Shown here in pieces: positions 33,948 through 43,661 of a DNA stretch of 64,000 nt. The position numbers were made by a program, and so were the translations under genes. Within the stretch, counting starts at the first letter, position 1. Every line of letters starts with the position of its first letter. A model generated the notes under the pieces. It saw only the letters and a list, made by a program, of their open reading frames with translations. It was not told where the DNA came from and did not search any database. The DNA is from an uncultured bacterium (lineage in GTDB: Bacteria > Bacillota > Clostridia > Lachnospirales > Lachnospiraceae): positions 6,705 through 70,704 of the forward strand of contig CANDBT010000017.1 in assembly GCA_947383005.1 (NCBI GenBank), in the 5' to 3' direction.

Positions 33948-35384
33948 TTATCCAAGGAGGAAGCAGGCCAGGATAAAGGTGCAGATAAAACCGATTGCAA
34001 CAGGTACCAGGTTTTTTCGCGCCAGTTCTATAGGGCTTACATTGCAGATGGCAGCTACCGGAATAATCCCCCAGGGAACGATGGTTCCTCCGCCGACAAA
34101 AATTGCCGTGATCTGGCCGAGGGCGGCGAAGATCGGGACGGAACCGCCGGTAATCAGGGAGAAAGTCTTTGCCAGGGCGCCTGTTAGAGGAAGCCCGGAG
34201 AAACCGGAACCGTCCAGGCCGGTTAAAGCGCCGATAACCATTTGCAGGCCAGCAGCAGCATATTGGTTCATGGGGACTCTTCCTGCCAGCCAGATGGCCC
34301 AGTCATTCATAATTCCCGTCTCATAAGTGTCTCCCCAGATGGTTTTGATTCCTTCTCCGCCCAGAAAGAAAAAGGCGCCGATCAGGATAACAGGGGCAAA
34401 AATTTTGATGGCAAATAAAAAGCCATGGATCAGATAGTCAGTGACTTTTTCCGGCGCCTGGGCGCCAAAGCCGAGAATTGCGCCGAGTGTCATTAAAAGC
34501 GTGGCTGTGCCGGATACCAGGCTGGTGGCATCACCGCCTTTGAGGCCGTAGCCGAACATCAATAAAATATCGCCAAGAAAGGCCAAAGGGGTAAAAACAG
34601 CGATAAATAAAGCCGCTTTTGGATGTCCGGATGAGGAGGGGGAAGCGTTTGAGGGGCGGGCGGCAGCGTTTTTTGTCGAGGCAGGGGAAGGAGAGGCATT
34701 TTTTGCTTTGTCATGCGGCGGATTGATTGCCGGTACGGCCATGGTTTTCCGGTTCATGAAAAAAGCGGTAATTACGGTGACGGCGCCCATGGTGATAAAC
34801 AGCGGTGATCCGGCGGAAATAATCTCTATGGTGTCAATTCCTGCTGCAGCCGCCGAAATAGCAGGCGCGCCTTGGATGACAAAATCATAACTGAGGGCAA
34901 TGCCATGACCGAACAGATTGATAGCCATAGCTGCAGCCAGAGGGGTCAATCCTTCATGGATAACGAGAGGGAGCATGATTGCTCCGACTAGCGCTACCGA
35001 CGGAGAAGGCCAGAGAAACAGGGAAAACAAAAGCATAATACCACCCAAAATCCACCAGGTGAGAGACGGGGTACACATAATCCGGGACATGGGTTTCATC
35101 ATCAGGTAATCGCTGCCCAAATCAGAAAGACAGCGGGACAGGGCGGTAATCAAGGCAATGGTGGCGATGATTTCCATAAATTCCTTTGCTGCATAAAGAG
35201 TTGAATTGAATACGGTCTGAATGGCGCCAGCCAATGTGCCGGTGGCGGCCAGACCCAATAAAAACAGAAAAATAATACAAACCATAGGAGTATCCCGGCG
35301 AAATACCATTACGGATAATATGACAATCACTCCAATGAGGTACAGGAAGTGGACAGTAGTTAAAGTCGCAGTTAGATCCAGCAT
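33948..35384 (-). CDS. Polytopic membrane transporter (ion-transporter superfamily-like, GntP/DcuC/NhaC-type architecture), substrate unknown
   Basis: At least 10 hydrophobic segments with a central low-complexity loop PPHDKAKNASPSPASTKNAAARPSNASPSSSGHPK. The family call is by general resemblance only. Confidence 0.55.
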   Translation of the reverse strand: MLDLTATLTTVHFLYLIGVIVILSVMVFRRDTPMVCIIFLFLLGLAATGTLAGAIQTVFNSTLYAAKEFMEIIATIALITALSRCLSDLGSDYLMMKPMSRIMCTPSLTWWILGGIMLLFSLFLWPSPSVALVGAIMLPLVIHEGLTPLAAAMAINLFGHGIALSYDFVIQGAPAISAAAAGIDTIEIISAGSPLFITMGAVTVITAFFMNRKTMAVPAINPPHDKAKNASPSPASTKNAAARPSNASPSSSGHPKAALFIAVFTPLAFLGDILLMFGYGLKGGDATSLVSGTATLLMTLGAILGFGAQAPEKVTDYLIHGFLFAIKIFAPVILIGAFFFLGGEGIKTIWGDTYETGIMNDWAIWLAGRVPMNQYAAAGLQMVIGALTGLDGSGFSGLPLTGALAKTFSLITGGSVPIFAALGQITAIFVGGGTIVPWGIIPVAAICNVSPIELARKNLVPVAIGFICTFILACFLLG

Positions 35385-35601
35385 AAAGAGTCCTTATTTT
35401 AAGTCGGTTTTAATACACTATATGCGTGGGGGCAGAAGGCTGGTTACTGTTTACAAGAACTCTGTGAACATGGCCAGTTACTGTTCGTCTTTTCTTTTTC
35501 CGTTTACATTCGTTTTTCTTCATGATAAAATGATGATACCAGAAAGCAGCCATTTTTCGCAGAAAAATGAGCGGATTTGAGGTGTTTTAGGGCGCGAAGC
35601 G

Positions 35602-35657
35602 CACAGAGGCATCTTCTTGCCCGTTTTCAACGGACAAGAAGCATCGTGAACGGTAAC
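35602..35657. repeat. Hairpin repeat, family H with Y-type terminus
   Basis: CACAGAGGCATCTTCTTGCCCGTTTTCAACGGACAAGAAGCATCGTGAACGGTAAC. Stem CTTCTTGCCCG/CGGACAAGAAG. CGTGAACGGTAAC is the inverted Y-element end. Confidence 0.65.
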
Positions 35658-35689
35658 GACAAGCATTCCGGCAAAATCGGAGGGATATC

Positions 35690-36697
35690 ATGCAGGAAGA
35701 ACAATTTCGCCGCAAGGTCACATGGTTTTCTTTTGGTTTTAGTTTGTTGGTGATCTGGGTTCATTCTTACAATGCCGAGCTGTATTTGGGAAAGACACCG
35801 ACTATGGAATTGGTATATCGGCTGGAGCATTTTTGGGGTGATGGTATAGGCCAGATTGCCGTTCCGGGGTTTTTTATGATATCCGGTTATCTTTTCTATC
35901 GGGATTTTTCCTGGAAGAAACTGGGAGAAAAATGGCAGCGGCGGATACGCAGCGTGCTGACGCCCTATATTTTGTGGAATTTTCTTTATTATCTGGGCTA
36001 TGTGACAGCAAGCCGCCTGCCATGGTTATGCGACGTGGTGGGCAAGGGGGTGATTCCCCTTGATTTGTATACGGCTGTAGATGCGGTAATTAATTATACG
36101 TATAATTATGTGTTTTGGTATTTATTCCAATTGATTTTGTTGATTTTGTCAGCGCCGTTGTTGTATCCGGTTTTAAGACGTCCCTGGAGCCGGGGAGTGT
36201 TTTTGCTCTTTTTATGGTGGGTGGTGGCGGCCGGGAAAACCCTGCCTCTGGTTAATGCAGATGCTTTGATTTATTATGCATCGTCAGCATCTGTGGCCCT
36301 TGCGGGGAAAAGAATGGAAATCAACCCAAAATGCGGCCTGATTTTTTTGGCGGCGGCGCCGTTTGCCTATTATTTCGGGTTGAGGACAGGATTTGTTCCT
36401 TGCTTTGTATTGTGCCGTCTGGCGGCGGTTGCCGGTCTTTGGATCGTGGTTCCGGGGGATTGCCTGCCTGAGGCGCGGGAGTTTATGAAAGGCAATTTTT
36501 TCTTGTATGGTGTTCATTTTGCGTTGGTGCGTTTTATCAATAAAGCCGGCGCCCGTTTGCTTCCTGCTTATCCGGCGGTGCCGCTGGGGATGTACCTGGC
36601 AATGCCGTTTTTGGTGCTGGCTATTGCTACGGTGTCGGGAAAATTTTTGCGGCGATATATGCCGGCAGTTTGGATTTTGCTTAGCGGGGGACGGTAG
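35690..36697 (+). CDS. Acyltransferase family 3 membrane protein (O-acyltransferase)
   Basis: Ten TM segments. N-terminal signature VIWVHSYN ... GQIAVPGFFMISGYLFY. RBS GGAGGGA. Confidence 0.75.
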   Translation: MQEEQFRRKVTWFSFGFSLLVIWVHSYNAELYLGKTPTMELVYRLEHFWGDGIGQIAVPGFFMISGYLFYRDFSWKKLGEKWQRRIRSVLTPYILWNFLYYLGYVTASRLPWLCDVVGKGVIPLDLYTAVDAVINYTYNYVFWYLFQLILLILSAPLLYPVLRRPWSRGVFLLFLWWVVAAGKTLPLVNADALIYYASSASVALAGKRMEINPKCGLIFLAAAPFAYYFGLRTGFVPCFVLCRLAAVAGLWIVVPGDCLPEAREFMKGNFFLYGVHFALVRFINKAGARLLPAYPAVPLGMYLAMPFLVLAIATVSGKFLRRYMPAVWILLSGGR

Positions 36698-36892
36698 GAA
36701 GGAGCAGGTGCCTTGTTTTTTCCGGGTTTCTTTGTTATAATAAGCCTATCCGAATTATGGTTTTGATTCGGATAAGAGGCGCGCTGTTTGCGTCGCAAAT
36801 CTGATTATTAGGAAGCTGGTTTTGCTTCCTAAGGCGGATTTCATGTAACAATGAATGTATTTATGCCGCAGAAATGGCAGAAGGGGGAAAAA

Positions 36893-37981
36893 ATGCAGCA
36901 TTACAATCCATTATTGCAGGGAAATGAGAGTCCGGCAAAATTTTTGGCGATCGGGGAGATTATGCTCCGCTTAAGCCCGCCTAATTACGAAAAGATCCGT
37001 ATGGCCAGTAATTTTGAGGCCAGCTATGGAGGAAGTGAGGCTAATATAGCTTTGGCTTTGGCAAATCTTGGGGTGGACAGTACCTTTTTTTCCGTGGTGC
37101 CTAATAACAGCATCGGAAAGAGCGCTGTGCGTATGCTGCGCAGCAACGATGTGCATTGCACACCTATCATTCTGAGCACGCCGGAAGAGACGCCTACTCA
37201 TCGTATCGGTACTTATTATTTGGAGACAGGATATGGCATCCGGGCCAGTAAAGTGATTTATGACCGGAAACATAGCGCAATGACGGAATATGACTTTAGC
37301 AAAGTAGATTTGGGGGAATTGCTGGATGGTTTTGACTGGGTGCATTTGAGCGGCATCACGCCTGCTCTGGGGCCTAACTGTGCCAAATTGATTATGGATT
37401 GTTTGAAGGTGGCCAAGGAAAAGGGCCTGACGGTCAGTTTTGACGGCAATTTCCGCAGCGCTTTGTGGACCTGGGAGGAAGCGCGGGATTTCTGTACCCA
37501 GTGCCTGCCTTATGTGGATGTATTGTTGGGGATTGAGCCTTATCATCTGTGGAGAGATGAGGAGGATCACAGCAAGGGCGATTATAAAGATGGCGTTCCG
37601 CTGCAGCCGAGCTATGAGCAGCAGGATGAGGTTTTCCATGCTTTTATCGATCGTTATCCCAATTTAAAATGTATTGCCCGTCATGTCCGGTATGCTCATA
37701 GCGGCAGCGAGAACAGCCTGAAAGCTTATATGTGGTATGACGGACATACCTTTGAGAGCCGTCGTTTTACCTTTAATATTTTAGATCGGGTGGGCGGCGG
37801 GGATGCCTTTGCCAGCGGTTTGATTTATGCTATGATACATGATTACCGGGCGATGGATATGCTCAATTTTGCCGTAGCCAGCAGCGTGATCAAGCATACG
37901 ATTCATGGTGACGCCAATATTACTGATGATGTACAGAGCATCCGCAATTTGATGAATATGAATTACGATATTAAACGCTAA
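36893..37981 (+). CDS. PfkB-family sugar kinase (2-dehydro-3-deoxygluconokinase-like)
   Basis: FLAIGEIMLRLSPP...YGGSEANIALALANLG N-terminus and GGGDAFASGLIY ATP/anion-hole motif. The ATG at 36893 follows AAGGGGGAAAAA. Confidence 0.8.
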   Translation: MQHYNPLLQGNESPAKFLAIGEIMLRLSPPNYEKIRMASNFEASYGGSEANIALALANLGVDSTFFSVVPNNSIGKSAVRMLRSNDVHCTPIILSTPEETPTHRIGTYYLETGYGIRASKVIYDRKHSAMTEYDFSKVDLGELLDGFDWVHLSGITPALGPNCAKLIMDCLKVAKEKGLTVSFDGNFRSALWTWEEARDFCTQCLPYVDVLLGIEPYHLWRDEEDHSKGDYKDGVPLQPSYEQQDEVFHAFIDRYPNLKCIARHVRYAHSGSENSLKAYMWYDGHTFESRRFTFNILDRVGGGDAFASGLIYAMIHDYRAMDMLNFAVASSVIKHTIHGDANITDDVQSIRNLMNMNYDIKR

Positions 37982-38043
37982 ATGTCTGCCGGAGCGGCTG
38001 CGAACTGCCTTTGTGGGGGCAGGCGGGGGACGGAAAAACAGGA

Positions 38044-38154
38044 TGTACTCTCGGAATCTCTCTTACACCTGCCTTGTGGTTGGTTTTCCGTCATAGGCAC
38101 ATTTGACAAAAAATCATCTCGCAAAACTAGGTACAAAGAGATTCCAAGGGCATA
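38044..38154 (-). mobile_element. MITE copy D: internally deleted, degenerate (111 bp)
   Basis: TGTACTCTCGGAATCTCTCTTACACCTGCC... joined to ...AAAAAATCATCTCGCAAAACTAGGTACAAAGAGATTCCAAGGGCATA. Same orientation as copy A. Confidence 0.65.
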
Positions 38155-38197
38155 TCAGGAGTATAGGGGTGTCTGCGGCTGCGGGCATCCCTCATCT

Positions 38198-38310
38198 ATG
38201 CACAGGCCCGCATATGGAAGTTTGCTGCTGACGCAGCCCCATACAGGGGAAGTATGCTACAGAAGCGGCGCATGGGGCGCGCGGCGAGCAGGAGGGATTT
38301 TCCTTACCTG
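38198..38310 (+). repeat. REP-like unit(s), family X, copy 3
   Basis: ATGCACAGGCCCGCATATGGAAGTTTGCTGCTGACGCAGCCCC..., then a second GGCGCATGGGGCGCGCGGCGAGCAGGAGGG half. Directly follows MITE copy D. Confidence 0.7.
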
Positions 38311-38390
38311 ATTGAGAGAAATTGCCTGATAATCAGTCAAGACGGCTGATAGTTACAATTACATGCCAAGACGGAAGATGAGGGAAGATT

Positions 38391-38999
38391 ATGGTCAAAA
38401 ATATAGTGTTTGATATGGGGAAAGTACTGGTTAATTATGATGCCATGAAGGTTTGCGAGTATTATATTGAGAATTTGCATGACCGCAGGCGGGTATGTAC
38501 GGCCGTATTTGTATCGCCGGAATGGCTGATGTTGGATATGGGGCTTCTGACTGAGGAACAAGCACTAAAACAGATTTGTGCCCGTTTGCCGGAAAGGCTT
38601 CATAAGGCGGCTGTCTGGTGTATGGAGCATTGGACAGAATATAACATGTGGACCATTCGGGAGATGGAACCAGTAATCCGGGAGCTGAAAAGAAAAGGTT
38701 TTGGCATATATCTTTGTTCCAATGCTTCTGCACGTCTGCCTCAATGTTACCGGCAGGTACTGCCGGCGGCGGAGTGTTTTGACGGGATACTGTTTTCCGC
38801 CCAGATAAAGTGTATGAAGCCACAAAGAGAAATGTACAGGTATTTTTTTGAACGGTTTCACCTGCTTCCGGAAGAATGTTTTTTTGTTGACGATCTTCAG
38901 GTAAATATCGACAGCGCGAAGGCTTGCGGCATGGATGGTTATTGCTTTGCTGACGGGGATACGGAAAAATTGAAAGCAATACTGATGACGTTGAATTAA
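38391..38999 (+). CDS. HAD-superfamily hydrolase (subfamily IA-like)
   Basis: Motif I IVFDMGKVLV, motif II CSNAS, motif IV FVDDLQVNIDSAKACGMDG. Confidence 0.72.
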   Translation: MVKNIVFDMGKVLVNYDAMKVCEYYIENLHDRRRVCTAVFVSPEWLMLDMGLLTEEQALKQICARLPERLHKAAVWCMEHWTEYNMWTIREMEPVIRELKRKGFGIYLCSNASARLPQCYRQVLPAAECFDGILFSAQIKCMKPQREMYRYFFERFHLLPEECFFVDDLQVNIDSAKACGMDGYCFADGDTEKLKAILMTLN

Positions 39000-39055
39000 T
39001 GGCTGGCTGGGCAGGAAAAGGAATAATGAAAATTGTGGCTGGGGAAAGGACAGAT

Positions 39056-40408
39056 ATGGAGGAAAGAAAAATTAATCAGGAGCTTCTGGACTTCTTGGAC
39101 GGAAGCCCTACCAGTTTTCATGCGGTGGCGGAGATGAAAGCCATGTTGGATGAGGCGGGTTTTAGCAAACTGTCGGAAAGTGATTTGTGGAAACTTGAGG
39201 AGAATAGGGGATATTATGTTACCCGAAATGGATCGGCGCTGATTGCTTTTAAGATTCCCAAAAGGGATTTTGCGGGATTCCAGGTTATCGCCAGTCACAG
39301 CGATTCTCCGGCCTTGAAAATCAAAGCTAATGCAGAAATCGCGGTTGAAGGAAAATATGTAAAACTGAACGTGGAAAAATACGGCGGGCTTCTCTGTGCG
39401 CCATGGCTGGACCGGCCTTTGTCGGTGGCTGGGAGGGTGGCAGTCCGCACATCGGCGGGAATAATTACGAAATTAGTGAAATTGGACCGGGACTTGTTGA
39501 TTATCCCCAGCCTGGCCATTCATATGAACCGAAAGGTCAATGAGGGTTATGAGTATAATGCCCAAAGAGATTTGCTGCCGCTTTTGGGTGGTTCGGAGGC
39601 TAAGGAAGGGCTGTTAAAATTGATTGCGGCAGAAGCCGGTGCAGAGGCAGAAGATATTTTGGATGCCGATTTGTTTCTGTATAACCGGATGAAGGGGACA
39701 ATGGTCGGTTTGAATGAGGAATTCATTGCAGCACCTCATCTGGATGATTTGCAGTGTGCTTTTGCTTCTTTAAAAGGTTTTTTGGCTTCTGTGCCGGGGG
39801 ACAGCGTGGCAGTTCATTGCGTGCTGGACAACGAAGAGGTGGGAAGCGGTACCAAGCAGGGAGCGGCATCCACATTTTTACGGGATGTGCTGCAGAGGAT
39901 CAATTATGCTGCCGGACGTAGTGATGAGCAGTATCTAACGGCTCTGGCTTCCAGCTTTATGGTGTCGGCGGACAATGCCCATAGTATCCATCCCAATCAG
40001 CCGGATAAGGCAGATCCGACGAACCGGCCTTATATCAATGAGGGAATTGTGATTAAATACAGCGCTAATCAGAAGTATACTACGGATGCCATATCCGGCG
40101 CTATGTTTAAGAGCATTTGCCGGATGGCAGAAGTGCCATATCAGACATTTTTTAACCGGTCGGATATGCTGGGCGGCTCAACTTTGGGGAATATTTCCAA
40201 TTCGCAAGTGGCGTTAAACACCGTAGATATCGGCCTGCCTCAGTTGGCTATGCACTCCTGCTATGAGACTGCGGGCAGCAAGGATACGGTATATTTGGCG
40301 AAAGCTGCTCAGGTATTGTTCTCTTCATCTGTCCGGGCAGCAGAAGATGGGGAATATCAGATCAAAATGTACTCTCGGAGTCTCTCTGTGCCTGAATTTG
40401 TGAAATGA
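39056..40408 (+). CDS. M18-family aminopeptidase; the last 14 codons plus the stop are supplied by a MITE insertion
   Basis: ELLDFLDGSPTSFHAV, SHSDSPALKIK, LDNEEVGS, metal-ligand pattern of M18. The C-terminal tail MYSRSLSVPEFVK is encoded by MITE copy C. Confidence 0.8.
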   Translation: MEERKINQELLDFLDGSPTSFHAVAEMKAMLDEAGFSKLSESDLWKLEENRGYYVTRNGSALIAFKIPKRDFAGFQVIASHSDSPALKIKANAEIAVEGKYVKLNVEKYGGLLCAPWLDRPLSVAGRVAVRTSAGIITKLVKLDRDLLIIPSLAIHMNRKVNEGYEYNAQRDLLPLLGGSEAKEGLLKLIAAEAGAEAEDILDADLFLYNRMKGTMVGLNEEFIAAPHLDDLQCAFASLKGFLASVPGDSVAVHCVLDNEEVGSGTKQGAASTFLRDVLQRINYAAGRSDEQYLTALASSFMVSADNAHSIHPNQPDKADPTNRPYINEGIVIKYSANQKYTTDAISGAMFKSICRMAEVPYQTFFNRSDMLGGSTLGNISNSQVALNTVDIGLPQLAMHSCYETAGSKDTVYLAKAAQVLFSSSVRAAEDGEYQIKMYSRSLSVPEFVK

Positions 40409-40549
40409 TTTTTTGCCAGATGTGGAATTTAACATGAATTGTTACCATAAATTTGCGAGGCGTACGTGGAACGTACATTGATTAAATTTAGGTGCATATG
40501 ACGGAAAATCAGCCACAAAGGCAGGTGCAGGAGAGGTTCCGAGAGTACA
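40368..40549 (+). mobile_element. Foldback MITE, copy C (182 bp; about 21-bp internal insertion relative to B)
   Basis: TGTACTCTCGGAGTCTCTCTGTGCC ... CAGGAGAGGTTCCGAGAGTACA. Flanks TCAAAA / TCAAAT. It overlaps the 3' end of the aminopeptidase ORF. Confidence 0.82.
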
Positions 40550-40574
40550 TCAAATAGATAAGGAGAGAAAACCG

Positions 40575-42041
40575 ATGACCAGAATCAGGACAAGATATGC
40601 GCCAAGCCCTACCGGGCGCATGCATGTGGGAAATTTAAGGACAGCGCTTTATGCTTATCTGATTGCCAAGCATGAAGGCGGCGACTTTTTGCTGCGTATT
40701 GAAGATACGGATCAGGAACGTTTTGTAGAGGGGGCTACAGAGATCATATACCGTACTTTGGAGAAGACCGGCCTGATTCATGATGAAGGGCCGGATAAGG
40801 ATGGCGGTGTAGGTCCCTATATTCAAAGCCAGCGCCAGGCAGCAGGGATTTATCTGGAGTATGCCAAAAAGCTGATTGAAAAAGGTGAGGCATATTATTG
40901 CTTTTGTACTCAGGAAAGGCTGGATTCTTTAAAATCCTCAGTCAACGGCGAGGAAATTATGGTTTATGACAAGCATTGCCTCCATCTGTCAAAAGAGGAG
41001 ATAGAGGCTAACCTGGCAGCGGGAAAGCCTTACGTAATCCGGCAAAACAATCCGACGGAGGGGACGACGACTTTTCATGATGAGATATATGGGGATATTA
41101 CGGTAAATAATTCCGAGCTGGATGATATGGTACTGATTAAATCTGACGGATATCCCACTTATAATTTTGCCAATGTGGTCGATGACCATTTGATGGGAAT
41201 TACACATGTGGTGAGGGGAAATGAATACTTGTCCTCTTCTCCTAAATACAACCGCCTTTATGAGGCATTTGGGTGGGAGGTGCCGGTTTACGTACACTGT
41301 CCGCTGATTACCAATGAGGAACATAAGAAATTGAGCAAACGGAGCGGCCATGCTTCCTATGAAGATTTGATTGAGCAAGGGTTTGTATCCGAGGCAGTCG
41401 TCAATTACGTGGCTCTGCTGGGGTGGTCGCCGGAAGAAAACCGTGAGATTTATTCGCTCGAGGAGCTGATAAAGGTGTTTGATTATCACCATCTGAGCAA
41501 ATCGCCGGCAGTTTTTGATATGACCAAATTAAAATGGATGAACGGCGAATATTTGAAAGCGATGGATGATGAACGGTTTTATTCCATGGCCAGACCGTAC
41601 ATCCGACAGGTAATTACCAAGGATTTGGATGAGAGGAAGATTGCCAACATGGTGAAAACCCGCATTGAGGTTTTCCCGGATATTATTGGTCATATCGACT
41701 TTTTTGAGGAGATGCCGGATTATGATGTGGCGATGTATACGCATAAGAAGATGAAATCAAATGCAGAAACATCCTTACGTGTGCTGACGGATGTGCTGCC
41801 CGTTTTGGAGGCTCAGGAGGATTTTTCCCATGAAGCTCTTCATGCCGTGCTTTCCCAATATATAGAAAAAGAAGGGGTAAAAACGGGCCTTGTGATGTGG
41901 CCTATCCGTACGGCCGTTTCCGGCAAACAGATGACACCGGCAGGGGCTACGGAGATTATGGAGGTGCTGGGAAAAGAAGAATCATTGGCCAGAATCCGCA
42001 ATGGTGTGGAAAAGCTGACGGCTAATCAGCGGGGGGATTAG
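40575..42041 (+). CDS. gltX: Glutamate--tRNA ligase
   Basis: [22 protein letters not shown] (HIGH-type) and KLSKRSG (KMSKS) motifs. RBS AAGGAGAG. Confidence 0.93.
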   Translation: MTRIRTRYAPSPTGRMHVGNLRTALYAYLIAKHEGGDFLLRIEDTDQERFVEGATEIIYRTLEKTGLIHDEGPDKDGGVGPYIQSQRQAAGIYLEYAKKLIEKGEAYYCFCTQERLDSLKSSVNGEEIMVYDKHCLHLSKEEIEANLAAGKPYVIRQNNPTEGTTTFHDEIYGDITVNNSELDDMVLIKSDGYPTYNFANVVDDHLMGITHVVRGNEYLSSSPKYNRLYEAFGWEVPVYVHCPLITNEEHKKLSKRSGHASYEDLIEQGFVSEAVVNYVALLGWSPEENREIYSLEELIKVFDYHHLSKSPAVFDMTKLKWMNGEYLKAMDDERFYSMARPYIRQVITKDLDERKIANMVKTRIEVFPDIIGHIDFFEEMPDYDVAMYTHKKMKSNAETSLRVLTDVLPVLEAQEDFSHEALHAVLSQYIEKEGVKTGLVMWPIRTAVSGKQMTPAGATEIMEVLGKEESLARIRNGVEKLTANQRGD

Positions 42042-43077
42042 CCGTGGTGCGGGCAGTAATGATTTTCCGGCAACTGTCCCTTTCGATCAGGTAGTGGGGC
42101 ACGATGATTTTAGTAGCCAGCAGATTCGGGTTTTCAATATGATTAATCATCTGTGATGCGGCTTCAATGCCAAGCTGACAGGAATTGATATCGATGGAGG
42201 TCAGTTGGGGCGAGGTAAGCCGGGCAAATAAAGAATTATTAAATGAAATAATGGACAGGTCTTCCGGGATGGACAGGCCAGTCTCAATGCAGGACCGCTC
42301 TAGGGCCACGGCCAGGATATCATCGCTGACCATGATGGCTGTAGGGCGGTCTTTGTCTTGAAGCAGCCGATGGATGGGACCGTCGCTGTCTTTGGGGATG
42401 GAAGGCACTTCCAGACAATATTCCGGGCGTAACGGCAGATTGTGGCGCAGCAGGGCGGTCTGGTAGCCGGATTTGCGGTCGGCAGAAAACATCAGACTGC
42501 TGTCGCTGCCCAAATAAGCGATTTTGCGGTGTCCAAGCCGATACAGGTATTCAGTGGCTTCCTGTCCGGCCAACAGGTTGTCATTGTCGATATAGATGGT
42601 CTGATTGGCGAATTGGTAGGCTTTTCCGATTAGCACATAGAGAAGCCCTTCATTATAAAGATAATCAATAATGGGATCCTGGAGTTTGGAATAAAGCACG
42701 ATAAAGCCATCCACCTGACCGCTGCGTGTCATGGTGCGGATAGCCTGAAGGACTTCATTTTCATCCTGCCCGGTGATGACCGTATTGATATACTGCCGTT
42801 GATTGCAGAATTGGCTGATGCCGCGGATGGCTTCCAGGTAAAAAGGGTTTTCATATGCCTCACGGGTGGAAGTAGGCAGAACTATGCCAATCGTCCGGGA
42901 ATTTTGGGAGGCCAGGTTGCTGGCCTGGAAGTTTGGTTCATAGCCTAACTGAACCATGGCATGGCGAACCCGCTCTTTTGTTTCCTCGCTGATGGAAGGG
43001 TTGTTTTTGCAAGTCCGGGATACGGTAGATGGGGATACGCCGGCCAGAGCGGCTACGTCTTTGATGGTAACTGCCAT
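42022..43077 (-). CDS. LacI-family transcriptional regulator (likely maltose locus repressor)
   Basis: N-terminal [38 protein letters not shown]. Periplasmic-binding-fold remainder. Divergent from the PTS gene, which carries a palindromic operator. Confidence 0.88.
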   Translation of the reverse strand: MAVTIKDVAALAGVSPSTVSRTCKNNPSISEETKERVRHAMVQLGYEPNFQASNLASQNSRTIGIVLPTSTREAYENPFYLEAIRGISQFCNQRQYINTVITGQDENEVLQAIRTMTRSGQVDGFIVLYSKLQDPIIDYLYNEGLLYVLIGKAYQFANQTIYIDNDNLLAGQEATEYLYRLGHRKIAYLGSDSSLMFSADRKSGYQTALLRHNLPLRPEYCLEVPSIPKDSDGPIHRLLQDKDRPTAIMVSDDILAVALERSCIETGLSIPEDLSIISFNNSLFARLTSPQLTSIDINSCQLGIEAASQMINHIENPNLLATKIIVPHYLIERDSCRKIITARTTANPPAD

Positions 43078-43243
43078 AAAAATCTCCGTTCTAAAACACC
43101 TTATATCTTTTCATTCCTTAGAAAAACGGCGGCCTTTTGGTGTTTTGCATGTATCATATATTTCTTACTATTGTAGAAAGGGTATGCGGAAAAGTCAATA
43201 AAAAGATGAAATATTAATGCAATATTTGCGCAAAATAGTAATA

Positions 43244-43300
43244 GTTCAGACGGATATCTTCTTGCCCGTCTGCGCCGGACAAAAAGCATCGGATGTCCAT
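43244..43300. repeat. Hairpin repeat, family H
   Basis: GTTCAGACGGATATCTTCTTGCCCGTCTGCGCCGGACAAAAAGCATCGGATGTCCAT, in the divergent regulator/PTS spacer. Confidence 0.6.
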
Positions 43301-43472
43301 TCAATCTGGAATTTTACATGAATTTTGGCTTTATTAGTAACAACCTAGACAGATAAGGAGCTGCTTGACAGGAAAATGCGGAAGATAGACGAAATGTTTC
43401 GGCAAAAGTAACAATAACAGATTTAATTTTTTGTGTGAAATGGAGAAAACGGAAAATCAGGGAAAAATTGGG

Positions 43473-43501
43473 TTGAAAAAGTTATGCAAATAAGATATAT
43501 T
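43473..43501 (+). promoter_or_regulatory. Sigma-A-type promoter TTGAAA-N17-TATATT for the PTS gene
   Basis: Read directly. The operator palindrome starts 3 nt after the -10. Confidence 0.5.
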
Positions 43502-43503
43502 TA

Positions 43504-43519
43504 ATGCAATCGATTGCAT
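43504..43519. promoter_or_regulatory. 16-bp perfect palindrome ATGCAATCGATTGCAT: LacI-family operator (cre-like core TGCAATCGATTGCA)
   Basis: The perfect dyad has the central CG typical of LacI/CcpA-type operators. It is positioned over the predicted transcription start. Confidence 0.65.
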
Positions 43520-43661
43520 AAAATAAGCGCAAACAAAACGAAAAATATGGGAATTTCACTATTTCATGGTTGCGTCCCGGCATTTGTGAACGTTGTGCAC
43601 AACAAAAAGCATATTGCCTGAAAATCTTATGTATTACGAAATATAGCGAGGAGGTAATGAA

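Noticed and set aside
33698-34000. 100-aa ORF on the - strand between asnB and the transporter gene.
   Set aside because: It is encoded almost entirely by MITE copy B ([31 protein letters not shown]...). This is repeat-derived sequence, not a gene.
40409-40574. T-box or other leader upstream of gltX.
   Set aside because: The whole spacer is occupied by MITE copy C plus the RBS, and no T-box sequence is present.
43571-43595. Second operator or cre site TTGTGAACGTTGTGCACAA upstream of the PTS gene.
   Set aside because: It is only a partial dyad and does not fit the TGWAANCGNTNWCA cre consensus when aligned. The evidence is too weak to annotate.
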